Assembly: GCA_018715685.1 (NCBI GenBank)
Contig: DVLC01000121.1
Span: 1 to 60,468, forward strand
Source: Candidatus Cryptobacteroides merdipullorum
GTDB taxonomy: Bacteria > Bacteroidota > Bacteroidia > Bacteroidales > UBA932
Direction of reading: 5' to 3'
Length of the DNA stretch: 60,468 nucleotides
Made by a program: the position numbers and the translations under genes. The notes below the pieces were generated by a model that searched no databases, was not told the origin of the DNA, and saw nothing but the letters and a program-made list of their open reading frames with translations. Below, one piece after another: positions 41,372-49,827 of this stretch (the stretch's first letter is position 1; every line of letters starts with the position of its first letter).

Positions 41372-42352
41372 ATGATTAACGAAAGCCAGATCGACCTGAT
41401 TGTCAAGGAAATGTTCCGCGACATCCGCTTCACCAGCGAGCCTGCGGGGCTCTACGACCCGCTGCGCTACATGATAGAGATAGGCGGCAAGCGCCTGCGC
41501 CCGAGACTCTGCCTCACGACATACTCCTTCTTCGGCGACAAGTTCGGCGACGAGATACTCTCGCCCGCCGCGGCCCTTGAAGTGTTCCATTCGTTCACGC
41601 TGATGCACGACGACATCATGGACCGCTCTCCGCTGCGCAGAGGCGTCCCCACTGTATGGACCAGATGGAACGAAAGCACCGCCATCCTTTCCGGAGACGT
41701 GATGCTCATCGATGCATACAAGCGCATGGCCAGAGCACCCCAGGACGTGCACGACAAGGTCATGAACCTGTTTTTCAAGACCACGGTCGAAGTCTGCGAA
41801 GGCCAGCAGTACGACATGGACTTCGAGAGCAAGGACATGGTCTCCATGGAGGAGTACAACAGAATGATAGGCCTCAAGACCGCGGTGCTCATCGCATGCT
41901 CGGCGAAGACAGGCGCCCTGATAGGAAGAGCGTCCGACAGACTCTGCGACGCGCTCTACAACTACGGCTACCAGCTCGGCATGGCTTTCCAGATTGCGGA
42001 CGACTATCTTGACGCGTTCGGCGACGAAAAAGTGTTCGGCAAGCCCATAGGCGGCGACATCGTCAACAGCAAGAAAAGCTGGCTGACGGTGCGCGCGCTC
42101 GAAAAGAGTCCGGACAGGAAAAGTTTCCTCGAAGCGTTCGCCCTTCCGGCGGAATCAGAAGCCCAGAAAGCCGCAAAGATATCCGCGGTCAAGCAGCACT
42201 ATGTCTCTCTGGGCGTAGACAGGGACGCGAAGGACGAAATCCTGCGGTTCACCGCCAGAGCCATGAAGGCTGTGGAAGACTCAGGACTTACGGAGCGCCA
42301 GCTCGAAGAGCTGGACAATTTCGCCGAAAAGCTGACAGGCAGGGCCAAATAA
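41372..42352 (+). CDS. Polyprenyl diphosphate synthase
   Basis: GGKRLRP, LMHDDIMD...RRG, GQQYD, KT, FQIADDYLD. Confidence 0.93.
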   Translation: MINESQIDLIVKEMFRDIRFTSEPAGLYDPLRYMIEIGGKRLRPRLCLTTYSFFGDKFGDEILSPAAALEVFHSFTLMHDDIMDRSPLRRGVPTVWTRWNESTAILSGDVMLIDAYKRMARAPQDVHDKVMNLFFKTTVEVCEGQQYDMDFESKDMVSMEEYNRMIGLKTAVLIACSAKTGALIGRASDRLCDALYNYGYQLGMAFQIADDYLDAFGDEKVFGKPIGGDIVNSKKSWLTVRALEKSPDRKSFLEAFALPAESEAQKAAKISAVKQHYVSLGVDRDAKDEILRFTARAMKAVEDSGLTERQLEELDNFAEKLTGRAK

Positions 42353-42355
42353 TCA

Positions 42356-43342
42356 ATGAGTCAGGAGACGACGCAGACAACGACAGGAGAGGCCACGGTG
42401 GTAAAGAACGCCGGCAGCCACTTCCTGTTGAGCCGGCTGCCCGAATGGCGGCTTTTCCCCGCAGTGCTGCGAGGGAAAGTGCGGCTCGGACACGGAACGG
42501 CGACGAACCCGGTGGCTGTCGGAGACAAAGTGCGCTACAGCTGCGGGCCGGAACCGGACGAGAAGCATCCGGCAGTGATAACCGAAGTGCTGCCGCGCCG
42601 CAACTATCTGATACGCCGCTCCACGAACCTCTCCCGGCAGTCGCATGTGATAGCCGCCAACCTCGACCAGGTGCTGGTGACCGTGAGCCTGTATTTCCCC
42701 GAAATCAAGCTGCCCTTCCTCGACAGGATCCTTGTGACCTGCGAGGTCTACGGCATCCCGGCGGTCATTCTGCTCAACAAGACGGACATGTACGGCGACG
42801 AAGTGCCGGAGCAGGTCGAGGAATTCACACGCATATACGGACAGCAGGCGGGCTACCCCGTCATCCGGACGTCGGTCGTCACAGGAGAAGGGATAGACCG
42901 GCTGCGGAGCATCTGCCGGGGCAGGCTGAGCCTGTTCACCGGAGAATCGGGCGTAGGGAAATCAAGTCTGATAAAGGCCGTGGATCCTTCGCTGAACCCC
43001 AAGACAGGGCTGATCTCCGAAGCGCATCTTCAGGGCAGGCACACCACCTCTCTATATGAGATGTACCGACTGGACGCCGGAGGCGGGGCGGCAGAGGAAA
43101 GCGGCTATGTGATCGACGCCCCCGGACTGCGCGGCTTCGGCCTCGTCGACATGGACAAGGACGAAATCTACAGATACTTCCCCGAAATGCTGCGCGTCTC
43201 AGACGACTGCCGCTTCATACCCTGCACCCACACCCACGAACCCGGCTGCGCCGTCAAGGCCGCCGTAGAGGAAGGGCGCATCAGCCCCGAACGCTACAAT
43301 TCCTACCTCGGAATGCGCGAGGACGACAAGAAGTTCCGCTGA
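42356..43342 (+). CDS. rsgA: Ribosome small subunit-dependent GTPase A
   Basis: AVGD, NKTD, GESGVGKSSL, GRHTT, DAPG, CRF..CTH.HEPGCAV. Confidence 0.95.
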   Translation: MSQETTQTTTGEATVVKNAGSHFLLSRLPEWRLFPAVLRGKVRLGHGTATNPVAVGDKVRYSCGPEPDEKHPAVITEVLPRRNYLIRRSTNLSRQSHVIAANLDQVLVTVSLYFPEIKLPFLDRILVTCEVYGIPAVILLNKTDMYGDEVPEQVEEFTRIYGQQAGYPVIRTSVVTGEGIDRLRSICRGRLSLFTGESGVGKSSLIKAVDPSLNPKTGLISEAHLQGRHTTSLYEMYRLDAGGGAAEESGYVIDAPGLRGFGLVDMDKDEIYRYFPEMLRVSDDCRFIPCTHTHEPGCAVKAAVEEGRISPERYNSYLGMREDDKKFR

Positions 43343-43345
43343 CAA

Positions 43346-44548
43346 TCAGGACAGGAAACCAAGAAGCCAGAGAGGCAGCCTGCGGCCGGTCGGGGTTTCA
43401 ATATCATCCGACAGAATATACGAATCCGCAACGCCTGCAATCTGCGCGAAACCTTTGTCACTGCCTCCGATTTCGAAAGTATATCTTCCGTCCACCCGGA
43501 AATCCCCACATTTTCTGCCGTATTCCACAGTATGGCCGGCATTCCTGAGCTGAGTAACCGCGAATGTCTCACGGGCAGTGCGAATCCGCACCTCAGAATC
43601 CGCAAGCGCATACAGAAGATTGGAATTCTCCAGATAAATCTTGTCAGGTCTGGAAAGTTTGCCTATGCTTTTCGTGTCGGAATACAGCAGATTGAAGATT
43701 CCGGCATCGGCAAGATGCCGGAGATACTCCACCACTGTGTCCCTGCCGACTCCGACCGCTCTGGCCAGCTTGCTGGCATCCAGCTCGTAGGGTACGTTCC
43801 CTGCAATGATACCGACAAGAGCTTTGATCTTTCCCAGATTGGAGACTTCGACTTTTCTGAGCAAAGGCAGTTCCACATCTATCACGAAGTTGACTACCTG
43901 ACCTATCTTGATGTAATAGTCCGACGCCCGCTCCATATAAAATGGGAAATAGCCATACGCAAGATACTCCTTGAAGAGGCCGACCGGTCTGCACATCGAG
44001 TTCACCTCGGCGCATAATGGCCCGGGATGCGCAAGAACCTGCGGAAGCGATGATTTTCTGAAATCCAGATTCTTGTAGAAACGCAGGAACTCCCTGAACG
44101 ACAGCCCGCCGAGGAAATATCTGACGCAACGCCTCGAAAGGTCGGCGTCGGCATTCAGTATCTGAAGCAGCGACGAGCCGCTTATGACAATCTTCAGTTG
44201 CGGATACAATTCATATATCTCCTTGACTTCCTTGCTCCAGCCCCCATATTTATGAACCTCGTCGAGCATGAGCCTCGTGCCTCCGCTTATGACGAAACGC
44301 TCCGCAAGATCAAGCAAAGTGTGAGTGGAGAAATACACGGAATCCAGCGAGCAGTACAGGACCGAACGGTCATACACCTCATAATTGAGCCTGACATACT
44401 GCTTCATCAGGGTGGACTTCCCCACCCCACGGGCTCCCACCACGGCTATCAGCCGACCGTCCCAGCCGATCTCCTGCATCGATTCCCTGACTATGGCCAT
44501 AGGGGTGTTCGCCATATACTGGTCATGTCTCCTGAATAATGTCTCCAT
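43346..44548 (-). CDS. AAA_14-type ATPase with DUF4143-like C-terminus
   Basis: GARGVGKST, LDEVHKY, SGSS, DLSRR, GLSFREFL, KIYLEN, D...FEIG. More AT-rich than neighbouring genes. Confidence 0.85.
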   Translation of the reverse strand: METLFRRHDQYMANTPMAIVRESMQEIGWDGRLIAVVGARGVGKSTLMKQYVRLNYEVYDRSVLYCSLDSVYFSTHTLLDLAERFVISGGTRLMLDEVHKYGGWSKEVKEIYELYPQLKIVISGSSLLQILNADADLSRRCVRYFLGGLSFREFLRFYKNLDFRKSSLPQVLAHPGPLCAEVNSMCRPVGLFKEYLAYGYFPFYMERASDYYIKIGQVVNFVIDVELPLLRKVEVSNLGKIKALVGIIAGNVPYELDASKLARAVGVGRDTVVEYLRHLADAGIFNLLYSDTKSIGKLSRPDKIYLENSNLLYALADSEVRIRTARETFAVTQLRNAGHTVEYGRKCGDFRVDGRYTFEIGGSDKGFAQIAGVADSYILSDDIETPTGRRLPLWLLGFLS

Positions 44549-44576
44549 TGTCTGAAATATTGCCGGGGTAAATATA

Positions 44577-44608
44577 AACAAACTGTTGATTATAATCAAC
44601 AGTTTGTT
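44577..44608. promoter_or_regulatory. 32-bp perfect palindrome upstream of the AAA ATPase gene
   Basis: AACAAACTGTTGATTA|TAATCAACAGTTTGTT. The palindrome is seen directly; a regulatory role is inferred. Confidence 0.55.
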
Positions 44609-44684
44609 ATATAATTTGCATTTTACATGCAACACATATTTCAGATCAAATGATTATAGATTGCGTCAAGCTGGCAATATAAAG

Positions 44685-44716
44685 ACAGAAGTGTCGCGTC
44701 TGCGCGACACTTCTGT
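44685..44716 (-). terminator. rnr terminator
   Basis: ACAGAAGTGTCGCG-tctg-CGCGACACTTCTGT, T-rich downstream on the minus strand. Confidence 0.75.
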
Positions 44717-44752
44717 TCGATTTTTGTTGATCAGGCGCAACAGCTTGATATT

Positions 44753-46936
44753 TCAGGAGCGCTTCTTTCCGCCGGATTTGCCCTTCGCGGGACGGCCGGA
44801 CTTTCCGGAGCGGCCGGAGCCTGACTTCTTCGCGCGGCCCTTCTTCTTTCCGCCATCTTCACGGACTTCAGGAATGGGCGCCATATCGTCATCCGCAGGA
44901 CGGTTCTCCGCCGACAGATCCTCGATCAGCTCGTAGTCGAGCAGACGCTGCTCCAGATTGGCATTGGCCACCTTGATCCTGACCTTGTCGCCGAGGCGAT
45001 AGACCTTGTGCGTACGCCGGCCGACAAGCCTGTAGCGAGGTTCGTCGAAGAAGAAGAAATCGGACTTGATTTCGCGCAGCGAGACCATGCCCTCGATCTT
45101 CGTGGGTTCGATCTCCACGTACATGCCCCATTCAGTGATTCCGGAGACCGTTCCGTCGAACTCCTGCCCGACCTTGTCCTGCATGAACTCCACGAGCTTG
45201 TATTTCACCGAAGTGCGTTCGGCGTCAGCGGCCACCATCTCCCTCTCGGAAGCATAGCGGCACTCCTCCTCGTACTTCTCCCTGACCTCGCTGTCGCCCC
45301 CGGCAAGATAGCGCGCGAGCAGACGATGCACCATAAGGTCGGGGTAACGGCGGATCGGAGAGGTGAAATGCGTGTAGAACCTGAACGCGAGACCGAAATG
45401 ACCTATGTTGTCGGTGCTGTAGATCGCTTTGGCCATGGAGCGCAGAGCCAGATTCTCGAGCGCCGCGTATTCCGGCTTTCCCTTGGCCGATTCGAGCAGT
45501 CGGTTGAGTTCCTTCGCTATGTCATGCCCCTGGGCCTCTTCCACTCTGTAGCCGAAGCCTTTAGCAAACACGCGAAGACCTTCGAGCTTGACCTCGTTGG
45601 GTTCGCCGTGGATACGGTAGACGAAAGTCTTGGGGTTCTTCGCGGGAACGCCGTTCATCCTGCCGCCCGTCGCGACATATTCGGCGACAGTCCTGTTGGC
45701 GAGCAGCATGAACTCCTCGATGAGCCAGTTGGCCTCCTTGGACACCTTCTCGTAGACATCCACCGGCTTGCCGTTCTCGTCAACGAGCACCTTCATCTCC
45801 GGGCGGTCGAAGTCTATCGCGCCGGCTTTTCTCTCGGCGGCCTTCATGATGCCGGCGAGGCGGTTGAGCTCGCGTATCGCCACCGCAAGTCCGTCGGATT
45901 CGGGGACGCTGTCAGCTTCGATGATCCTCTGCGCTCCGTCGTAGTCGAGCCTGCGGTTCGAACGTATCACCGCACGGCCTATCCAGCGCGAAACGATTTC
46001 GGCCTTCGGAGTCATCTCGAATACCGCGGAGAACACGAGCTTGTCTTCATCGGGACGCAGCGAGCAGAGCTTGTTGCAGAGCTTTTCGGGAAGCATGGGC
46101 ACGGTGCGGTCGACCAGATACACGGAAGTTCCGCGGTTGCGGGCCTCCTTGTCGACTATGCTGCCGGGAGTCACATAATGAGACACGTCGGCGATATGCA
46201 CGCCTATCTCGTAGTTTCCATTCTCAAGACGCTCGAACGAAAGGGCGTCGTCGAAGTCCTTGGCGTCGGCGGGATCGATAGTGAAGGTGAGGCGGTCGCG
46301 GAAGTCCTTGCGGCCCTTGAGATCCTCGTCCGTAATCTGATCGGATATCCTGTCCGCGGCGTTCTCCACCTCCGGCTCGAAACGATAGGGCAGGTTGAAC
46401 TCCGCAAGTATGGCGTGCATCTCGGTGTCGTTCTCGCCGGGCATTCCCAGCACGTCGCTTATGACTCCGAACGGGTTGGTCTCCCCTCTTCTCCAGCCCT
46501 CGACGACGGCTGCGACCTTCATTCCGGGCTGAGCTCCTTTCGCGGCGGCCTCTTCGGGGTCCACCGATATGTCGTATGGCATCGAGCGGCTCTGCATGAG
46601 CACCCATGCCTGGCGTCCGACGCTATGGTATATGCCGACGAAAGGTTTTGCGGAGCGTTCGACTATCTCCACGACTTCTCCTTCGCGGCGGCGCTTGTCG
46701 TCCTTCGACGGCTTCTCTTTGGTCACGACCACTCTGACGATGTCCCCGTCAAGGGCACGTCTGGTTCTGGATGCCTTGACGAAGATATCGTCCTCCTGGC
46801 CCTCCACAATCACGAAAATATACCCTTCGCGGGTCATCTGGACCCTGCCCGTGACCTCAGGCAGGTTCTTGCGGGCCTCGAGTCTCTTCCGGCCCTGCCG
46901 CATCTGCTTGCGGCCCTTGCTGTTTTTCTCCTTCAT
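44753..46936 (-). CDS. rnr: Ribonuclease R
   Basis: TIDPADAKDFDDA, VHIADVS, RGTSVY, LIEEFML, HFTSPIRRYPD, S1 domain, basic tail. Start MKEKN at 46936. Confidence 0.96.
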   Translation of the reverse strand: MKEKNSKGRKQMRQGRKRLEARKNLPEVTGRVQMTREGYIFVIVEGQEDDIFVKASRTRRALDGDIVRVVVTKEKPSKDDKRRREGEVVEIVERSAKPFVGIYHSVGRQAWVLMQSRSMPYDISVDPEEAAAKGAQPGMKVAAVVEGWRRGETNPFGVISDVLGMPGENDTEMHAILAEFNLPYRFEPEVENAADRISDQITDEDLKGRKDFRDRLTFTIDPADAKDFDDALSFERLENGNYEIGVHIADVSHYVTPGSIVDKEARNRGTSVYLVDRTVPMLPEKLCNKLCSLRPDEDKLVFSAVFEMTPKAEIVSRWIGRAVIRSNRRLDYDGAQRIIEADSVPESDGLAVAIRELNRLAGIMKAAERKAGAIDFDRPEMKVLVDENGKPVDVYEKVSKEANWLIEEFMLLANRTVAEYVATGGRMNGVPAKNPKTFVYRIHGEPNEVKLEGLRVFAKGFGYRVEEAQGHDIAKELNRLLESAKGKPEYAALENLALRSMAKAIYSTDNIGHFGLAFRFYTHFTSPIRRYPDLMVHRLLARYLAGGDSEVREKYEEECRYASEREMVAADAERTSVKYKLVEFMQDKVGQEFDGTVSGITEWGMYVEIEPTKIEGMVSLREIKSDFFFFDEPRYRLVGRRTHKVYRLGDKVRIKVANANLEQRLLDYELIEDLSAENRPADDDMAPIPEVREDGGKKKGRAKKSGSGRSGKSGRPAKGKSGGKKRS

Positions 46937-47004
46937 AATCAGGCGCAAAGTTAGCAAATAGTTCGATAATTTTGCCCACATGGCCGGATGTATATGGCTG
47001 GAAA

Positions 47005-47112
47005 GCGGAAGCATGTCGCCTCCGGAGAGGCTTGCCGTCCGCGGCAGTGAGCGGACGATGCGCAGCATCGATGGAGCGCAGCGGAACCTCTCCGGAGGCG
47101 ACATGCTTCCGC
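47005..47112. repeat. 26-bp perfect inverted repeat enclosing two small hairpins
   Basis: GCGGAAGCATGTCGCCTCCGGAGAGG at 47005-47030, with its reverse complement at 47087-47112. Confidence 0.85.
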
Positions 47113-47234
47113 GTCAAGCTTGCATTGCACTCAGCTTCTGCGCAATTTGGCCTGACGGCCATATATACGGCTGCGCCTCGGCATAGCAAATACATTTGCT
47201 CTGCTCTCGGCTTCTGCGTATATTTGCGGCCATT

Positions 47235-48002
47235 ATGAAAAGGACGACGATATACTACGCCGCGGCGGCTGCAGTCGCACTGCTTGCGGGCACAAGGGCG
47301 AACGCCCAGACCAACATACAGATACAGTACGATTTCGGAGCTGACCGCCAGCATGTGACCACCACACTCGAAGGCTTCTACAACGACAAGTGGGGCAACA
47401 CCTTCTTCTTCATCGACCACGATTTCAACTCCCGGAACTCAGCAGGAGAAGTCGTGGCGCCAAGCGGAACCTATCTCGAAATCGCCCGCTGTCTGAACTT
47501 CTGGCAGAACACCGCGCTCGCGCCGCTGAGCGTCCATGTCGAATACGACGGCGGAGTCTACCGCGGATATACGATCAACAACGCGTTTCTCGCCGGCATC
47601 GACTGGTTCATCCACAGCGCCGACTACCGGAATACGCTGAACCTCAAAGCTCTGTACAAATACATCGCATATACGGACCCGGAATTCAGGAGCCGCGTCC
47701 CCATGCAGTTCACAGCCGCATGGACCATGAAGGATCTCTTCGGACTCAAGGGACTTACCTTCACCGGTTTCGCGGACTTCTGGTGGGAGGACCACAGCCT
47801 GCTCAGCGACCGCTACGGCGAAATCCTGCCCCAGACCTCGCACTGCGTGTTCATCTCCGAGCCCCAGCTCTGGTACAATGTCGGCCGCCACTTCGGCTGC
47901 GAGAATCTCAACGTCGGCGGAGAAATCGAACTCTCCTACGACTTCGGCAGCGTGCGCGGCTTCTGGTGCCGTCCCTGCGCCGGCGTCAAGTGGGTGTTCT
48001 GA
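47235..48002 (+). CDS. DUF5020 / Tsx-like outer-membrane protein
   Basis: Signal peptide, NIQIQYDFG, DKWGNTFFFID, GFADFW, SEPQLWYN, C-terminal KWVF. Confidence 0.8.
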   Translation: MKRTTIYYAAAAAVALLAGTRANAQTNIQIQYDFGADRQHVTTTLEGFYNDKWGNTFFFIDHDFNSRNSAGEVVAPSGTYLEIARCLNFWQNTALAPLSVHVEYDGGVYRGYTINNAFLAGIDWFIHSADYRNTLNLKALYKYIAYTDPEFRSRVPMQFTAAWTMKDLFGLKGLTFTGFADFWWEDHSLLSDRYGEILPQTSHCVFISEPQLWYNVGRHFGCENLNVGGEIELSYDFGSVRGFWCRPCAGVKWVF

Positions 48003-48004
48003 AA

Positions 48005-48031
48005 CTGCCGGGCGGGGGCTCCGTCCGGCAG
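48005..48031. terminator. Hairpin between convergent genes
   Basis: CTGCCGGGCGG-5nt-CCGTCCGGCAG. No clear U-tract. Confidence 0.5.
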
Positions 48032-48070
48032 GTCTGAATGGTCCGGCACAAGCCGGGAATATGTCATGAA

Positions 48071-49591
48071 TTAAATCAGCGGCTCGGCGGTCATCGCGTC
48101 GGGCTGGGGAATGCCCATGAGCTTGAGAATCGTCGGGGCCACGTTGCACAGGGCGCCATCCTTCACGGTCTTCACCTCGTCTCCCGCCCCTATCACGATG
48201 AACTGCACGGGATTCAGGGAGTGGGCGGTGTTGGGCGTACCGTCCTCGTTGACAGCATGATCCGCGTTGCCGTGGTCGGCAGTCAGCAGAACCACATAGC
48301 CGTGCGCAAGCGCGGTAGTCACGACGGCCTCCACGCAGCCGTCAATGCAGCCGACGGCGTTGCATATAGCATTGTAGACACCGGTATGTCCTACCATGTC
48401 TCCGTTGGCGAAATTCAGGATGACCATGTCCTCCTTCTCCTCGCGCAATGCGGCGCAAAGCTTGTCGGTCACCTCGATCGCGCTCATCTCGGGCTGCAGA
48501 TCGTAGGTGGCCACCTTAGGAGAGTTCACGAGTATGCGGTCCTCGTTCTCGAACGGGGTCTCGCGACCGCCGTTGAAGAAGAAGGTCACGTGGGCGTACT
48601 TCTCAGTCTCGGCGATGCGCAGCTGGCGCTTTCCGGCCTTGGCGACCGTCTCTCCGAGGGTGTCGGTCACCTCCTCCTTGTCGAAGAGTATGTGCACTCC
48701 GGTGAACGAGGCGTCGTAGGGGGTAAGGCAGCAGTAATAGAGCGGAAGCGTGTGCATTCCCTCCTCGGGCATGTCGTGCTGAGTCAGCACCGCGGTAAGC
48801 TCGCGGGCGCGGTCGTTGCGGAAATTGAAGAAGATTACCGCGTCGTTCGCCTCGACTTTCGCAACGGGGGCGCCGTTCTCGGTGATCACGACGGGCTTCA
48901 CGAACTCGTCGGTCACGTCAGCGTCGTAAGAAGCCTGCATGGCCTCCACGGCGGAAGAGAACTGCGCGCCCTTTCCTTCGACGAGCATGTCGTAGGCCTC
49001 CTTGACGCGGGCCCAGCGCTTGTCGCGGTCCATGGCATAGAAGCGTCCGCAGATGGTGGCTATCCTTCCCGTAGTGGCGGCCATCTTCTCCTCAAGCTCC
49101 CTGATGAATCCTATACCGCTGTGGGGATCGGTGTCACGGCCGTCCATGAAACAGTGCACATAGACCTTGTCGAGACCTTCCTGCTTCGCCACCGCGAGGA
49201 ACTCGTAGAGGTGGTCGAGGCTGGAGTGGACTCCCCCATGGGAGCAGAGCCCCATGAAATGGAGCTTTCCGCCGCTGTTCTTCACATAATCGTACGCCGC
49301 GCGTATCTCCTTGTTGTCAAGGAGCTTATGGTCGCGGCAGGCCATATTTATCTTCACGAGGTCCTGATATACGACGCGTCCGGCGCCGAGATTCATGTGG
49401 CCGACCTCGGAGTTGCCCATCTGGCCGTCGGGCAGACCGACGTATTCGCCGCAGGCCTGGAGATGGGACATGGGGTATTTTGCGCGGAGGCTGTCGATGA
49501 AGGGGGCGCCCTGCGTGTAGATTGCATTCGAATGGTCGTGGCGTCCTTCTCCCCAGCCATCCAGAATCATCAGTAGTACTTTTCTGTTCAT
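48071..49591 (-). CDS. gpmI: 2,3-bisphosphoglycerate-independent phosphoglycerate mutase
   Basis: [49 protein letters not shown]. Confidence 0.97.
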   Translation of the reverse strand: MNRKVLLMILDGWGEGRHDHSNAIYTQGAPFIDSLRAKYPMSHLQACGEYVGLPDGQMGNSEVGHMNLGAGRVVYQDLVKINMACRDHKLLDNKEIRAAYDYVKNSGGKLHFMGLCSHGGVHSSLDHLYEFLAVAKQEGLDKVYVHCFMDGRDTDPHSGIGFIRELEEKMAATTGRIATICGRFYAMDRDKRWARVKEAYDMLVEGKGAQFSSAVEAMQASYDADVTDEFVKPVVITENGAPVAKVEANDAVIFFNFRNDRARELTAVLTQHDMPEEGMHTLPLYYCCLTPYDASFTGVHILFDKEEVTDTLGETVAKAGKRQLRIAETEKYAHVTFFFNGGRETPFENEDRILVNSPKVATYDLQPEMSAIEVTDKLCAALREEKEDMVILNFANGDMVGHTGVYNAICNAVGCIDGCVEAVVTTALAHGYVVLLTADHGNADHAVNEDGTPNTAHSLNPVQFIVIGAGDEVKTVKDGALCNVAPTILKLMGIPQPDAMTAEPLI

Positions 49592-49827
49592 ATTCACAGT
49601 TTTTTTGAATTAATTCCTGTTGTCGGACCATGCGTCCCGCCGCGGGCCCGGTCCGAAGTGCAAAATTGCCAATTATCCGGCAGAATTGCAACGGATTGCC
49701 TTCCGTTCCGGACCATACGGAAAATGCATCCCGACAGCAAGAGCCTCGGCTCCATACTGTCAGGATGCATTCTTCCGTCCGCGGCTCAGGCGATACGGAA
49801 CTGCAGCCGCGGTGCAATAAGCGGCGC

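Noticed and set aside
40667-42352. Apparent long overlap of the 361-aa and 470-aa ORFs
   Set aside because: The real starts are 41332 (minus) and 41372 (plus), each with a promoter box. The N-terminal extensions are spurious.
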